From Acidobacteriota bacterium (GTDB lineage: Bacteria > Acidobacteriota > UBA6911 > RPQK01 > JAJDTT01): a stretch of 64,000 bases of DNA. The notes under the pieces are model-generated. The model was not told where the DNA came from and did not search any database. It worked only from the letters and a program-made list of their open reading frames with translations. Numbering within the stretch: the stretch's first letter is position 1; every line of letters begins with the position of its first letter. Location of the stretch: the NCBI GenBank assembly GCA_965217775.1, contig CBDCJH010000002.1, positions 5,248,001 through 5,312,000 on the forward strand, in the 5' to 3' direction. Positions 18,120 to 26,444 of the stretch are shown here, piece by piece. The position numbers and the translations under genes were made by a program.

Positions 18120-18422
18120 ATGGCTAGACTTCGACCAAGACCTTTTCGCCGTAGACCGCGGAGGCGGAAGAAGAGGCCTCCCCAGAGACGGGACGAGCCC
18201 AAAGAAAAGAAGTCGGACGCCATCGAGGTCACCGGAACCGTAACCGAGCCGCTTCCCAACGCCATGTTTCGAGTCGAATTGGAAAACGGGCACGTGGTGC
18301 TGGCCCATATTTCCGGGAAGATGCGTCGTCATTTCATCCGAATCCTCCGTGGCGACCGGGTCATGGTCGAGCTTTCACCCTACGATTTGACCCGGGGCCG
18401 TCTCACCTACCGGTACAAGTAA
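18120..18422 (+). CDS. infA: Translation initiation factor IF-1 with Arg/Pro-rich N-terminal extension
   Basis: [37 protein letters not shown]...[19 protein letters not shown] before 18120. Confidence 0.95.
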   Translation: MARLRPRPFRRRPRRRKKRPPQRRDEPKEKKSDAIEVTGTVTEPLPNAMFRVELENGHVVLAHISGKMRRHFIRILRGDRVMVELSPYDLTRGRLTYRYK

Positions 18423-18431
18423 GCCTCCCCG

Positions 18432-19907
18432 ATGACCAAGGGACGCGCCGTGACTCCCTGGATTCTGATTGCCCTTTCCCTGTTGTTGCCTCCGCTGGGC
18501 CTGATTCTGGTCTGGGCGGGGTCCGGCTGGAGGACGCGGAACCGGTTGCTGGCAAGCCTCGCGCTTCTGGCATTGACGTGGGTTTACGTGTTTCAAGGAC
18601 TGGGACTGAGCATCGAACGGGACGGCACCGGTTGGCGTCCGCTGGTTGCCATTACACCGATCTGGTCCCGGTACGCGACGGTCGAGGGAGCATCCGCTTC
18701 AAGCGCGGCTCACCGTTCTCCTTCGTCGGAAGTCCGAGGCTGGAACGGTTTTCGGGGGTCGGACCGGGACAGCCGTTATCTGGAGGGAGAGATCCGGACC
18801 GTCTGGCCCAGTGACGGACTCCCGCTGCTCTGGCGGCGGTCAGTGGGAGGCGGATACGCTTCCATTGTCGCCGGTTCGGGGCTCCTCTTCACCATCGAAC
18901 AACGGGGGCGCCAGGAAGTCGTGGCTGCCTATGATCCGGAAACCGGCGCCGAAGTCTGGAAACTTGGCTGGGACGCCGAGTTCCAGGAGGTCATGGGGGG
19001 AGACGGGCCCAGGGCGACTCCCCTGTGGCACGAGGGCCGTCTTTACGTCCTGGGGGCCACGGGCGAGTTCCGCTGCTTCGATGCCGCCAGCGGAAAAGTT
19101 CATTGGGGTCTGAACATCCTCTCGGAGAATGGAGCCCGGAATCTGGAATGGGGCATGTCCGCCTCACCCCTGATCACGGGTGACCAGGTCATTCTCCTGC
19201 CCGGCGGTCCTTCCGACAGATCCGTCGTCGCCTATCATCGACTCACCGGCGAGTTCCTCTGGGGGTCGCTCAGCGACAAACAGGCCTACGCCGCGCCGAT
19301 CCAATCCGAGTTGGCCGGGCGGGAGCAGCTGTTGGTCGTGACGGCCGAACGAGTCGTGGGACTGGACCCGGCAGGCGGGGACCTGCTCTGGGAGTACCCA
19401 TGGGTTACGTCCTACGACGTCAATTCGGTGGAACCTCTACTGCTGGGAAACGATCGGTTCTTCATCTCCTCCGGTTACGGCCACGGGGCAGCGGTGCTGG
19501 CGATCGGACGGGACGGCGACGGCTACACCGTAAAGACCGTCTGGAAAAACAAGGAAATGAAGAACAAGTTCAACGGCTCGGTCCTCCATGAGGGTCACGT
19601 CTACGGACTGGATGAGGGCATCCTGGCTTGCGTCGACGTGGCCACGGGAGAGAGGAAGTGGAAGGGAGGCCGTTATGGTTACGGCCAGATTCTTCTGGCC
19701 TCGGACCATCTCGTGGTGCTGACCGAGCGGGGCGACCTGGTTCTGGTCGAGGCCAATGCGGAGGCGCACCGCGAACTGGCGCGATTTTCGGCACTGACCG
19801 GAAAGACCTGGAATTATCCCGTCATCGTCGGGGGGCGGCTCCTGGTGAGGAACCAGACCCAGATGGCCTGCTTCGACGTCAGACCGATGCCGGTCGACCC
19901 CTCATAG
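18432..19907 (+). CDS. PQQ-like beta-propeller membrane protein
   Basis: WNGFRG, LLWRRSVGGGYAS, GDGPRATP, repeated D--TG---W blades. Confidence 0.85.
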   Translation: MTKGRAVTPWILIALSLLLPPLGLILVWAGSGWRTRNRLLASLALLALTWVYVFQGLGLSIERDGTGWRPLVAITPIWSRYATVEGASASSAAHRSPSSEVRGWNGFRGSDRDSRYLEGEIRTVWPSDGLPLLWRRSVGGGYASIVAGSGLLFTIEQRGRQEVVAAYDPETGAEVWKLGWDAEFQEVMGGDGPRATPLWHEGRLYVLGATGEFRCFDAASGKVHWGLNILSENGARNLEWGMSASPLITGDQVILLPGGPSDRSVVAYHRLTGEFLWGSLSDKQAYAAPIQSELAGREQLLVVTAERVVGLDPAGGDLLWEYPWVTSYDVNSVEPLLLGNDRFFISSGYGHGAAVLAIGRDGDGYTVKTVWKNKEMKNKFNGSVLHEGHVYGLDEGILACVDVATGERKWKGGRYGYGQILLASDHLVVLTERGDLVLVEANAEAHRELARFSALTGKTWNYPVIVGGRLLVRNQTQMACFDVRPMPVDPS

Positions 19908-21272
19908 CACCCACGGCTTTCGATACTCCCGGCGCACGAACCCGTTCGCCTCTTCGTCTCCCAGCACCCGTTCCTTCTTTGCATCCCACCGGATCCGCCG
20001 TCCCAGCCGGAGGGCGATGTTCCCCAGATGGGGAGTCGAGGTGGACCGATGTCCGATCTCCACGTCCGAGTTGGGCTTCTTTCGGCTCCGGACGCAATCC
20101 AGGAAGTTCAGGACGTGGACAAAGTGCTGATCGGAGCCGGGTGCCGTCACGAACCTGGATCGTCCCTCTCCGGAACTCCACTCCCGCCTGCGCCGATCGG
20201 GCGTTTTCTGATCCAGAATCCTCAGGTAGCGGGGCCGCGGAGCAACTGGAGTCCCCCCGGTCTCGGGCCGGATCTCGAAGCCGCCGCGGTTCAGATAGAG
20301 GGTCCCGTCGGTGCCGAAGAACTCGATGCCGTAGCCTCGTCCTGCCGGACCGTGGGCGTTCCCGACCCGGTGGGAGAAGGAGGCGATGAATTCGGGATAC
20401 TCGTAGAGAACCTCCAGCGTGTCGGGGGTCTCCCGGTTGTCGTCGATGCAGAAATTGCCCCCGACGGCGCTTGCGGCCAGCGGGGCGTCCACCTGCATGG
20501 CCCACTGGACGATGTCCAGATGATGGGTGCCCCAGTCGGTGAGCATTCCTCCCGAATAGTCCCAGAACCACCGGAAAGTGTGGGTAAAGCGATTGCCATT
20601 GAAGGGGGCCTTGGGCGCCGGACCCAGCCAGAAATCCCAGTCCAGACCCGGCGGAGGTTCCGTGTCCCGGGGCCGGCCCATCCCGGCCGGACTCTCGTTG
20701 CCGTAATTCCAGGTGTTGACTCGGCTCACCTTGCCGATGGCGCCGTCCTGGACCAGCTTCACGGCCTCCTGGAAGTGCACTCCTGAACGCTGTTGCGTCC
20801 CCATCTGGACGATGCGTCCGTTGCGACGAGCCGCCTCCACCATTTTCCGTCCTTCGTAGATGGTCAGGGAGAGAGGCTTCTCGACGTAGACGTCCTTCCC
20901 GGCATCGCAGGCCATGACGGTGGGCAGGGCATGCCAGTGATCGGGCGTGGAGACGACGACCACGTCCACCTCCTTCAGGTCCAGAACCTGGCGGAAGTCC
21001 TTGTAGGCGGCCGCCCGGCCGCCCTCCTGGTCGTCGGTCATCTGCAGACTCAGGTCCCGGTTGTGGTCCCACACGTCACAGACGGCCGCCACCCGGACCT
21101 GCTCCGATCTGAGAAAGTCCCTCAGATTGCTGCGGCCCATGCCGCCGGTTCCGACGAAGGCGCAGATCGCCCGGTCATTGGCGCCGAGCGGACCTCCCTT
21201 GCTGGTCTGGAGGGCGGGAGCCCCCGCGACTGCTGCTGCCGATACCACGAACTTGCGTCTGTTCATTTTCAT
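19902..21272 (-). CDS. Gfo/Idh/MocA oxidoreductase with Tat signal
   Basis: NRRKF, GTGGMG, TPDHWH, YVEKP, DWGTHHLD, REYRKPW. Confidence 0.9.
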   Translation of the reverse strand: MKMNRRKFVVSAAAVAGAPALQTSKGGPLGANDRAICAFVGTGGMGRSNLRDFLRSEQVRVAAVCDVWDHNRDLSLQMTDDQEGGRAAAYKDFRQVLDLKEVDVVVVSTPDHWHALPTVMACDAGKDVYVEKPLSLTIYEGRKMVEAARRNGRIVQMGTQQRSGVHFQEAVKLVQDGAIGKVSRVNTWNYGNESPAGMGRPRDTEPPPGLDWDFWLGPAPKAPFNGNRFTHTFRWFWDYSGGMLTDWGTHHLDIVQWAMQVDAPLAASAVGGNFCIDDNRETPDTLEVLYEYPEFIASFSHRVGNAHGPAGRGYGIEFFGTDGTLYLNRGGFEIRPETGGTPVAPRPRYLRILDQKTPDRRRREWSSGEGRSRFVTAPGSDQHFVHVLNFLDCVRSRKKPNSDVEIGHRSTSTPHLGNIALRLGRRIRWDAKKERVLGDEEANGFVRREYRKPWVL

Positions 21273-21372
21273 TGGCCAAGACTCCTGGGCTGGGCTTCGC
21301 TACGGTGCCTAGACTCTAATGTATAATCTCGGAATCGAATAGAGCAGAGATCTCCGAATCGAGGCTGACACT

Positions 21373-21879
21373 ATGAATTGGGACACCTTCCGCCGACTTC
21401 CCGATGACGCCCGGGTCTGGATCAGTGGTTTCGATCGCCCGCTCGGTCCGGCCGAGCAGGAGACGGTCCGCGCGGGAATGGCGCGTTTCTCAGCCGGCTG
21501 GGGTTCACACCAGGTGCCGGTCGAGTCCGCTTTCGAGATCGTTCACGATCGCTTTCTGGTGATCGCCGCGTGTACTCCGGGGTCCGTATCCGGTTGCTCC
21601 ATCGACGGCATGATGAGGAACATCCGGCATCTCTACGCGGCTGTCGGTGTCGCGCCTCCCGCCGGGAATCTTATCTTCTTCCGTGATGAAAGCGGCCGGA
21701 TCCGGTCCATAGACCATATGGAGTTCCGTGACGTGGCCGAGTCGGGTCGGCTCAAGCCCGACACCCTGGTGTTCGATACCATGATTCAGAACCTGGGGCA
21801 GTTGAGAGCCGGCCGCTTCGAACTTCCCTACGGAGAGGCTTGGCACGCTCGGATCTTTCCGCTTCCGGTCGCCACCTGA
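21373..21879 (+). CDS. Conserved hypothetical protein (SGCSID motif)
   Basis: RBS GAGG; LPDDARVWI, WGSH, SGCSID, TLVFD. Confidence 0.7.
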   Translation: MNWDTFRRLPDDARVWISGFDRPLGPAEQETVRAGMARFSAGWGSHQVPVESAFEIVHDRFLVIAACTPGSVSGCSIDGMMRNIRHLYAAVGVAPPAGNLIFFRDESGRIRSIDHMEFRDVAESGRLKPDTLVFDTMIQNLGQLRAGRFELPYGEAWHARIFPLPVAT

Positions 21880-21983
21880 TCCTGCCGGCGAAACGGAAAC
21901 TCCTGGTGGCGCGCGCCGGTTGCTGTTCGTCGGGAGGGGTTGCCCCACAGCGAAACGCGGGGCAACGTCCCTATTTCCGGAGA

Positions 21984-22011
21984 GGGTCCGTTAATTTCAG
22001 TTAACGGACGT
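21984..22011. other. 11-6-11 inverted repeat, tyrosine-recombinase-site-like (site A)
   Basis: GGGTCCGTTAA TTTCAG TTAACGGACGT; 9-bp perfect arms. Confidence 0.45.
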
Positions 22012-22049
22012 TGTCTGAAGTATCACCAGCGTCAGCTATTCCCGGCAGG

Positions 22050-25000
22050 TCATCGGAGAACCGGAACCAAAGGCAACGTCGTGAAGATGCGGTTACCGGC
22101 GTCCATCTCCAGGGCGACGCCAGTGAACATCTTGCCTTCGGGCGCGGTGCAGCGCACCGAACCCTCGAAGTCGGACGTATCGGCCTCCGGGAACAGTTCG
22201 TTGATGAACCTGGCCTGCTGTCCGCCGCCGGCCAATTCCACCGGAGTGGTCGCGAGTACATCTCTCCCCTGTATCAAGTGGCAGGTCATCGTCACGGCCT
22301 CTGCTTCCAGGTTCCGGACCGCCGTCCCGGTGTTGATTCCACCCTCCTTCCGGCGGGCCGGGAAAAGAGCGTCGTTGACGGGTTGGGCGGCTCCCACTCC
22401 CGCCACGCCGACGGCCATGCTGTCAAAGCGCAGAAACCCGCCGATGTATCCGTCCGAGACCACACGCACGGATCCGCTCATCAACGCTCCCCGCCCATGC
22501 GTGGAGATCGTTCGCGCGGCCAGAGGCGGGATCCCCGCCGTGACCGCCAAAGCCCCATCTGCAGTGACCTCCAGATCTCCCGTCACGTCCAACAGCGAAT
22601 CAGCGGAGATCGGGTCCCCCTCCGAACTGAAAAAGCGGACCATCGGAGTGACCGTCTTGGTATCCACGTTCACCAGCACCAAGTCGGAGACGGTGGAGTC
22701 GCCATTGGCAAAGTGTGGAAACTCATTGGTGACAGGATTCCTTTCGCCCGGCGGTCGGATGACCCGGATTCGCAGGTTGCCCGAGTCGGCCACGTAGAGG
22801 TTGCCCGATCCGTCCACTGCCAGCCCGCGAGGGACAGCGAATTGGGCCTCCGTCGCCGGACCTCCGTCGCCGCTATAGCCACCCAGGAAGGGACCCGGCC
22901 CACTTCCCGCAAGGGTGGTGATCACTCTCCCGGCATCGATCCGCCGAATTCGGATCGCGCTCAAGTCGGTCACGTAGAGGTTGCCCGATCCATCCACCGC
23001 CAGAGTGGTGGGAGCAGCGAATTGCGCCTCCGTCGCCGGACCCCCGTCCCCGCTGAATCCCCGGACTCCCGTCCCCGCAATGGTGGTGATCACTCCCTCG
23101 GCATCGATCCGCCGAATCCGGTAGTTGCTTGAGTCGGCCACGTAGAGGTTGCCCGATCCGTCCACTGCCAGCCCGCGAGGGTAAGCGAATTGCGCCTCCG
23201 TCGCCGGACCCCCGTCCCCGCTGAATCCTCGTCCCCCCGTTCCGGCAATGGTGGTAATCATTCCCCCGGCATCGATCCGCCGAATTCGATAGTTGCTCGA
23301 GTCGACCACAAAGAGGTTGCCCGATCCGTCCACTGCCAGCCCGCGAGGGACAGCGAATTGCGCCTCCGTCGCCGGACCCCCGTCCCCGCTGAATCCCCGG
23401 ACTCCCGTCCCCGCGATGGTGGTGATCACTCCCTCGGCATCGATCCGCCGGATTCGGTTGCCGTTAAAATCGGACACGTAGAGGTTGCCCGACCCATCTA
23501 CCGCCAGCCCGCCGGGAGCAGCGAATTGCGCCTCCGTCGCCGGACCTCCGTCCCCGCCGGCGCCAGCCTTGCCTGTTCCCGCGAAGGTGAAGACATAAGG
23601 TTTTTCGACGTCGCCATCCAAAGTCGCGGTCACTGCCACCAAAGGCAACGTCGTGAAGATGCGGTTACCGGCGTCCATCTCCAGGGCGACGCCAGTGAAC
23701 ATCTTGCCTTCGGGCGCGGTGCAGCGCACCGAACCCTCGAAGTCGGACGTATCGGCCTCCGGGAACAGTTCGTTGATGAACCTGGCCTGCTGTCCGCCGC
23801 CGGCCAATTCCACCGGAGTGGTCGCGAGTACATCTCTCCCCTGTATCAAGTGGCAGGTCATCGTCACGGCCTCTGCCTCCAGGTTCCGGACCGCCGTCCC
23901 GGTGTTGATTCCACCCTCCTTCCGGCGGGCCGGGAAAAGAGCGTCGTTGACGGGTTGGGCGGCTCCCACTCCCGCCACGCCGACGGCCATGCTGTCAAAG
24001 CGCAGAAACCCGCCGATGTATCCGTCCGAGACCACACGCACGGATCCGCTCATCAACGCTCCCCGCCCATGCGTGGAGATCGTTCGCGCGGCCAGAGGCG
24101 GGATCCCCGCCGTGACCGCCAAAGCCCCATCTGCCGTGACCTCCAGATCTCCCGTCACGTCCAACAGCGAATCAGCGGAGATCGGGCCCCCCTCCGAACT
24201 GAAAAAGCGGACCATCGGAGTGACCGTCTTGGTATCCACGTTCACCAGCACCAAGTCGGAGACGGTGGAGTCGCCATTGGCAAAGTGTGGAAACTCATTG
24301 GTGACAGGATTCCTTTCGCCCGGCGGTCGGATGACCCGGATTCGCAGGTTGCCCGAGTCGGCCACGTAGAGGTTGCCCGATCCGTCCACTGCCAGCCCGC
24401 GAGGGACAGCGAATTGGGCCTCCGTCGCCGGACCTCCGTCGCCGCTATAGCCACCCAGGGAGGGAACCGGCCCACTTCCCGCGACGGTGGTGATTACTCC
24501 CTGGGCATCGATCCGCCGGATTCGGTCGTTGTGCGAGTCAGACACGTAGAGGTTGCCCGATCCGTCCAACGCCAGGCTTCCGGGGACAGCGAATTGGGCC
24601 TCCGTCGCTGGACCTCCGTCCCCGCTATAGCCACCCTCGTAGAAACCTGGTCCACTTCCTGCAATGGTCGTGACCATGCCCTCAGCATCGATCCGCCGGA
24701 TTCGGCTGTTGCCCGAGTCAGCCACGTAGAAGTTGCCCGAGTCGTCAAACGCCAGTCCACTGGGATAAGCGAATTGCGCCTCCGTCGCCGGACTCCCGTC
24801 CCCGCTGAATCCCCGGATCCCCGTTCCCGCGATGGTAGTGATCACTCCCTCAGCATCGATCCGCCGGATCCGGTGGTTGCCCGAGTCGGCCACGTAGAGG
24901 TTCCCCGATCCGTCCGCCGCCAGATAGTCGGAAGTAGAGAATTGGGCCTCCGTCGCGGGACCCCCATCTCCGCTGAATCCCCGGACTCCCGTTCCTGCGA

Positions 25001-25457
25001 TGGTAGTGATCACTCCCTCGGCATCGATCCGCCGGATTCGGTAGTTGAACGAGTCGGCCACGTAGAGGTTGCCGGACCCATCCACCGCCAGATCGGTGGG
25101 AGCAGCGAATTGCGCCTCTGTCGCCGGACTCCCGTCCCCGCTGAATCCCCGGACTCCCGTCCCCGCGATGGTGGTGATCACTCCCTCGGCATCGATCCGC
25201 CGGATCCGGTGGTTGCCCGAGTCGGCCACGTAGAGGTTCCCCGATCCGTCCACTGCCAGCCCGCGGGGCTCCGAGAGTTGCGCCTCCGTCGCCGGACCTC
25301 CGTCCCCACCGGCGCCAGCTTCGCCCGTTCCCGCGAAGGTGAAGACATATCGATCGCCTTCATCGGCAAGCAACACGGCAAACACCGCAAGGATGGCCGC
25401 AACGACAATCACAATCGTCGGGAATCTCCGCGTGAGGTCTCTAACATGCAGTTTCAT
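22050..25457 (-). CDS. Secreted NHL-repeat protein with duplicated [NHL propeller + C-terminal domain] module
   Basis: 11 repeats of AGTG..GFSGDGGPATEAQF..P.GLAVDGSGNLYVADS.N.RIRRID (6+5). RBS GGAG before MKLHV at 25457, followed by a hydrophobic signal. Confidence 0.9.
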   Translation of the reverse strand: MKLHVRDLTRRFPTIVIVVAAILAVFAVLLADEGDRYVFTFAGTGEAGAGGDGGPATEAQLSEPRGLAVDGSGNLYVADSGNHRIRRIDAEGVITTIAGTGVRGFSGDGSPATEAQFAAPTDLAVDGSGNLYVADSFNYRIRRIDAEGVITTIAGTGVRGFSGDGGPATEAQFSTSDYLAADGSGNLYVADSGNHRIRRIDAEGVITTIAGTGIRGFSGDGSPATEAQFAYPSGLAFDDSGNFYVADSGNSRIRRIDAEGMVTTIAGSGPGFYEGGYSGDGGPATEAQFAVPGSLALDGSGNLYVSDSHNDRIRRIDAQGVITTVAGSGPVPSLGGYSGDGGPATEAQFAVPRGLAVDGSGNLYVADSGNLRIRVIRPPGERNPVTNEFPHFANGDSTVSDLVLVNVDTKTVTPMVRFFSSEGGPISADSLLDVTGDLEVTADGALAVTAGIPPLAARTISTHGRGALMSGSVRVVSDGYIGGFLRFDSMAVGVAGVGAAQPVNDALFPARRKEGGINTGTAVRNLEAEAVTMTCHLIQGRDVLATTPVELAGGGQQARFINELFPEADTSDFEGSVRCTAPEGKMFTGVALEMDAGNRIFTTLPLVAVTATLDGDVEKPYVFTFAGTGKAGAGGDGGPATEAQFAAPGGLAVDGSGNLYVSDFNGNRIRRIDAEGVITTIAGTGVRGFSGDGGPATEAQFAVPRGLAVDGSGNLFVVDSSNYRIRRIDAGGMITTIAGTGGRGFSGDGGPATEAQFAYPRGLAVDGSGNLYVADSSNYRIRRIDAEGVITTIAGTGVRGFSGDGGPATEAQFAAPTTLAVDGSGNLYVTDLSAIRIRRIDAGRVITTLAGSGPGPFLGGYSGDGGPATEAQFAVPRGLAVDGSGNLYVADSGNLRIRVIRPPGERNPVTNEFPHFANGDSTVSDLVLVNVDTKTVTPMVRFFSSEGDPISADSLLDVTGDLEVTADGALAVTAGIPPLAARTISTHGRGALMSGSVRVVSDGYIGGFLRFDSMAVGVAGVGAAQPVNDALFPARRKEGGINTGTAVRNLEAEAVTMTCHLIQGRDVLATTPVELAGGGQQARFINELFPEADTSDFEGSVRCTAPEGKMFTGVALEMDAGNRIFTTLPLVPVLR
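22066..24459. repeat. Near-identical intragenic direct repeat (22066-22887 = 23638-24459)
   Basis: Offset 1572 bp; only about 3 mismatches seen by eye. Confidence 0.9.
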
Positions 25458-25550
25458 CGGGAAATTCTCCTGTTGGTTTGCATTTCTCTCCATCGAGACA
25501 ATCGATTGAACAGTCGCATATCGTGCATGGGAAAATACTCGAACTCCCCC

Positions 25551-25573
25551 GAGAAGGGGACAGTCACCTTCTC
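25551..25573. repeat. GGGACAGTC-family hairpin (RAYT end motif)
   Basis: GAGAAGGGGACAGTCACCTTCTC, identical to 31084-31106; its first 15 nt are the reverse complement of 3718-3732. Confidence 0.8.
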
Positions 25574-25780
25574 TCGTGGGCCGATGCGGTTTCCAACCAG
25601 GAAGTCCAGGTGAGCATGAGACTGCAATGAGGGGCTTTGCAAGACCAATAGCTGCCATGTCAAGACATCCGCAGTACTCCCATCTATCTCTCCTTGCCCA
25701 TCGGGGCAGTGGGGGCTCAGAGAGGTGGCATATGGATTGGAGATATGAATGGGAGTGAGGACAGTTCGGGACTGGGTGTG

Positions 25781-26296
25781 CTAACGACTTTCGGGCGCTT
25801 TGTAGACCACGATGTCTTCGGGTTTCGTCGCGGCGTCGGCAGCAACCCCTATTCCGGCCCCAATTCCTGCCCCAAGAGCACCGAATCCCAACGCCAACCC
25901 GGCGATTTCGGTGTTCGACTCTCCACTTACACCTATGACCATTGCAAGCAAGGAGAGACTCCCAGCGAATGCGGCTCCGGTTACGGCTCCTTTCCATGCG
26001 CCATCGCCCACGCCATCCTTGGAAGGAATTGTAATGGTCTGGATGTCCATTCTCGGAATTGTTGCCCAGCCAGCGGGACTCAGGAGCTCCAGATCCGATA
26101 CTGATAGGCCTCGGAACTGGCCGCTGATTCGATCCCCGTTTTTCAGTTCCACTTTGATGGGCGACGCTATTTCCAAAGCGGAGACCTTTTCCCAGCGGCC
26201 CGGGATCACCTCCGCATGTGCTGGGATGGAGATCAATCCAGCCAGAATCAAAGAGACGATTTGGATCCGGTATGACTTCATGGTTGAGGATTTCAT
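25781..26296 (-). CDS. Small secreted protein with glycine-zipper C-terminus
   Basis: AAGGA RBS, signal peptide (AHA), beta-rich domain, GALGAGIGAGIGVAAD. Confidence 0.7.
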   Translation of the reverse strand: MKSSTMKSYRIQIVSLILAGLISIPAHAEVIPGRWEKVSALEIASPIKVELKNGDRISGQFRGLSVSDLELLSPAGWATIPRMDIQTITIPSKDGVGDGAWKGAVTGAAFAGSLSLLAMVIGVSGESNTEIAGLALGFGALGAGIGAGIGVAADAATKPEDIVVYKAPESR

Positions 26297-26370
26297 TTCG
26301 GCACGTCCTTGTGCTTTGAACTGACTCCACTGTCTGTTGAGAACGTTAGACGTCATCTTCTAATCAGCAA

Positions 26371-26398
26371 ATGTGATTTTTTCGCGGGAATGGGCTCA
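26371..26398 (-). promoter_or_regulatory. Conserved upstream motif copy 1 (ECF-like promoter)
   Basis: TGAGCC-N16-TCACAT. Confidence 0.6.
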
Positions 26399-26444
26399 AC
26401 TGGAGCGAGCCGGAAGAAAATCACAAGACACATCTGGCCCTCGA

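Noticed and set aside
25458-26330. Upstream extension making a 1426-aa NHL ORF
   Set aside because: It overlaps a better gene in another frame and has non-protein-like composition. The RBS and signal peptide point to 25457.
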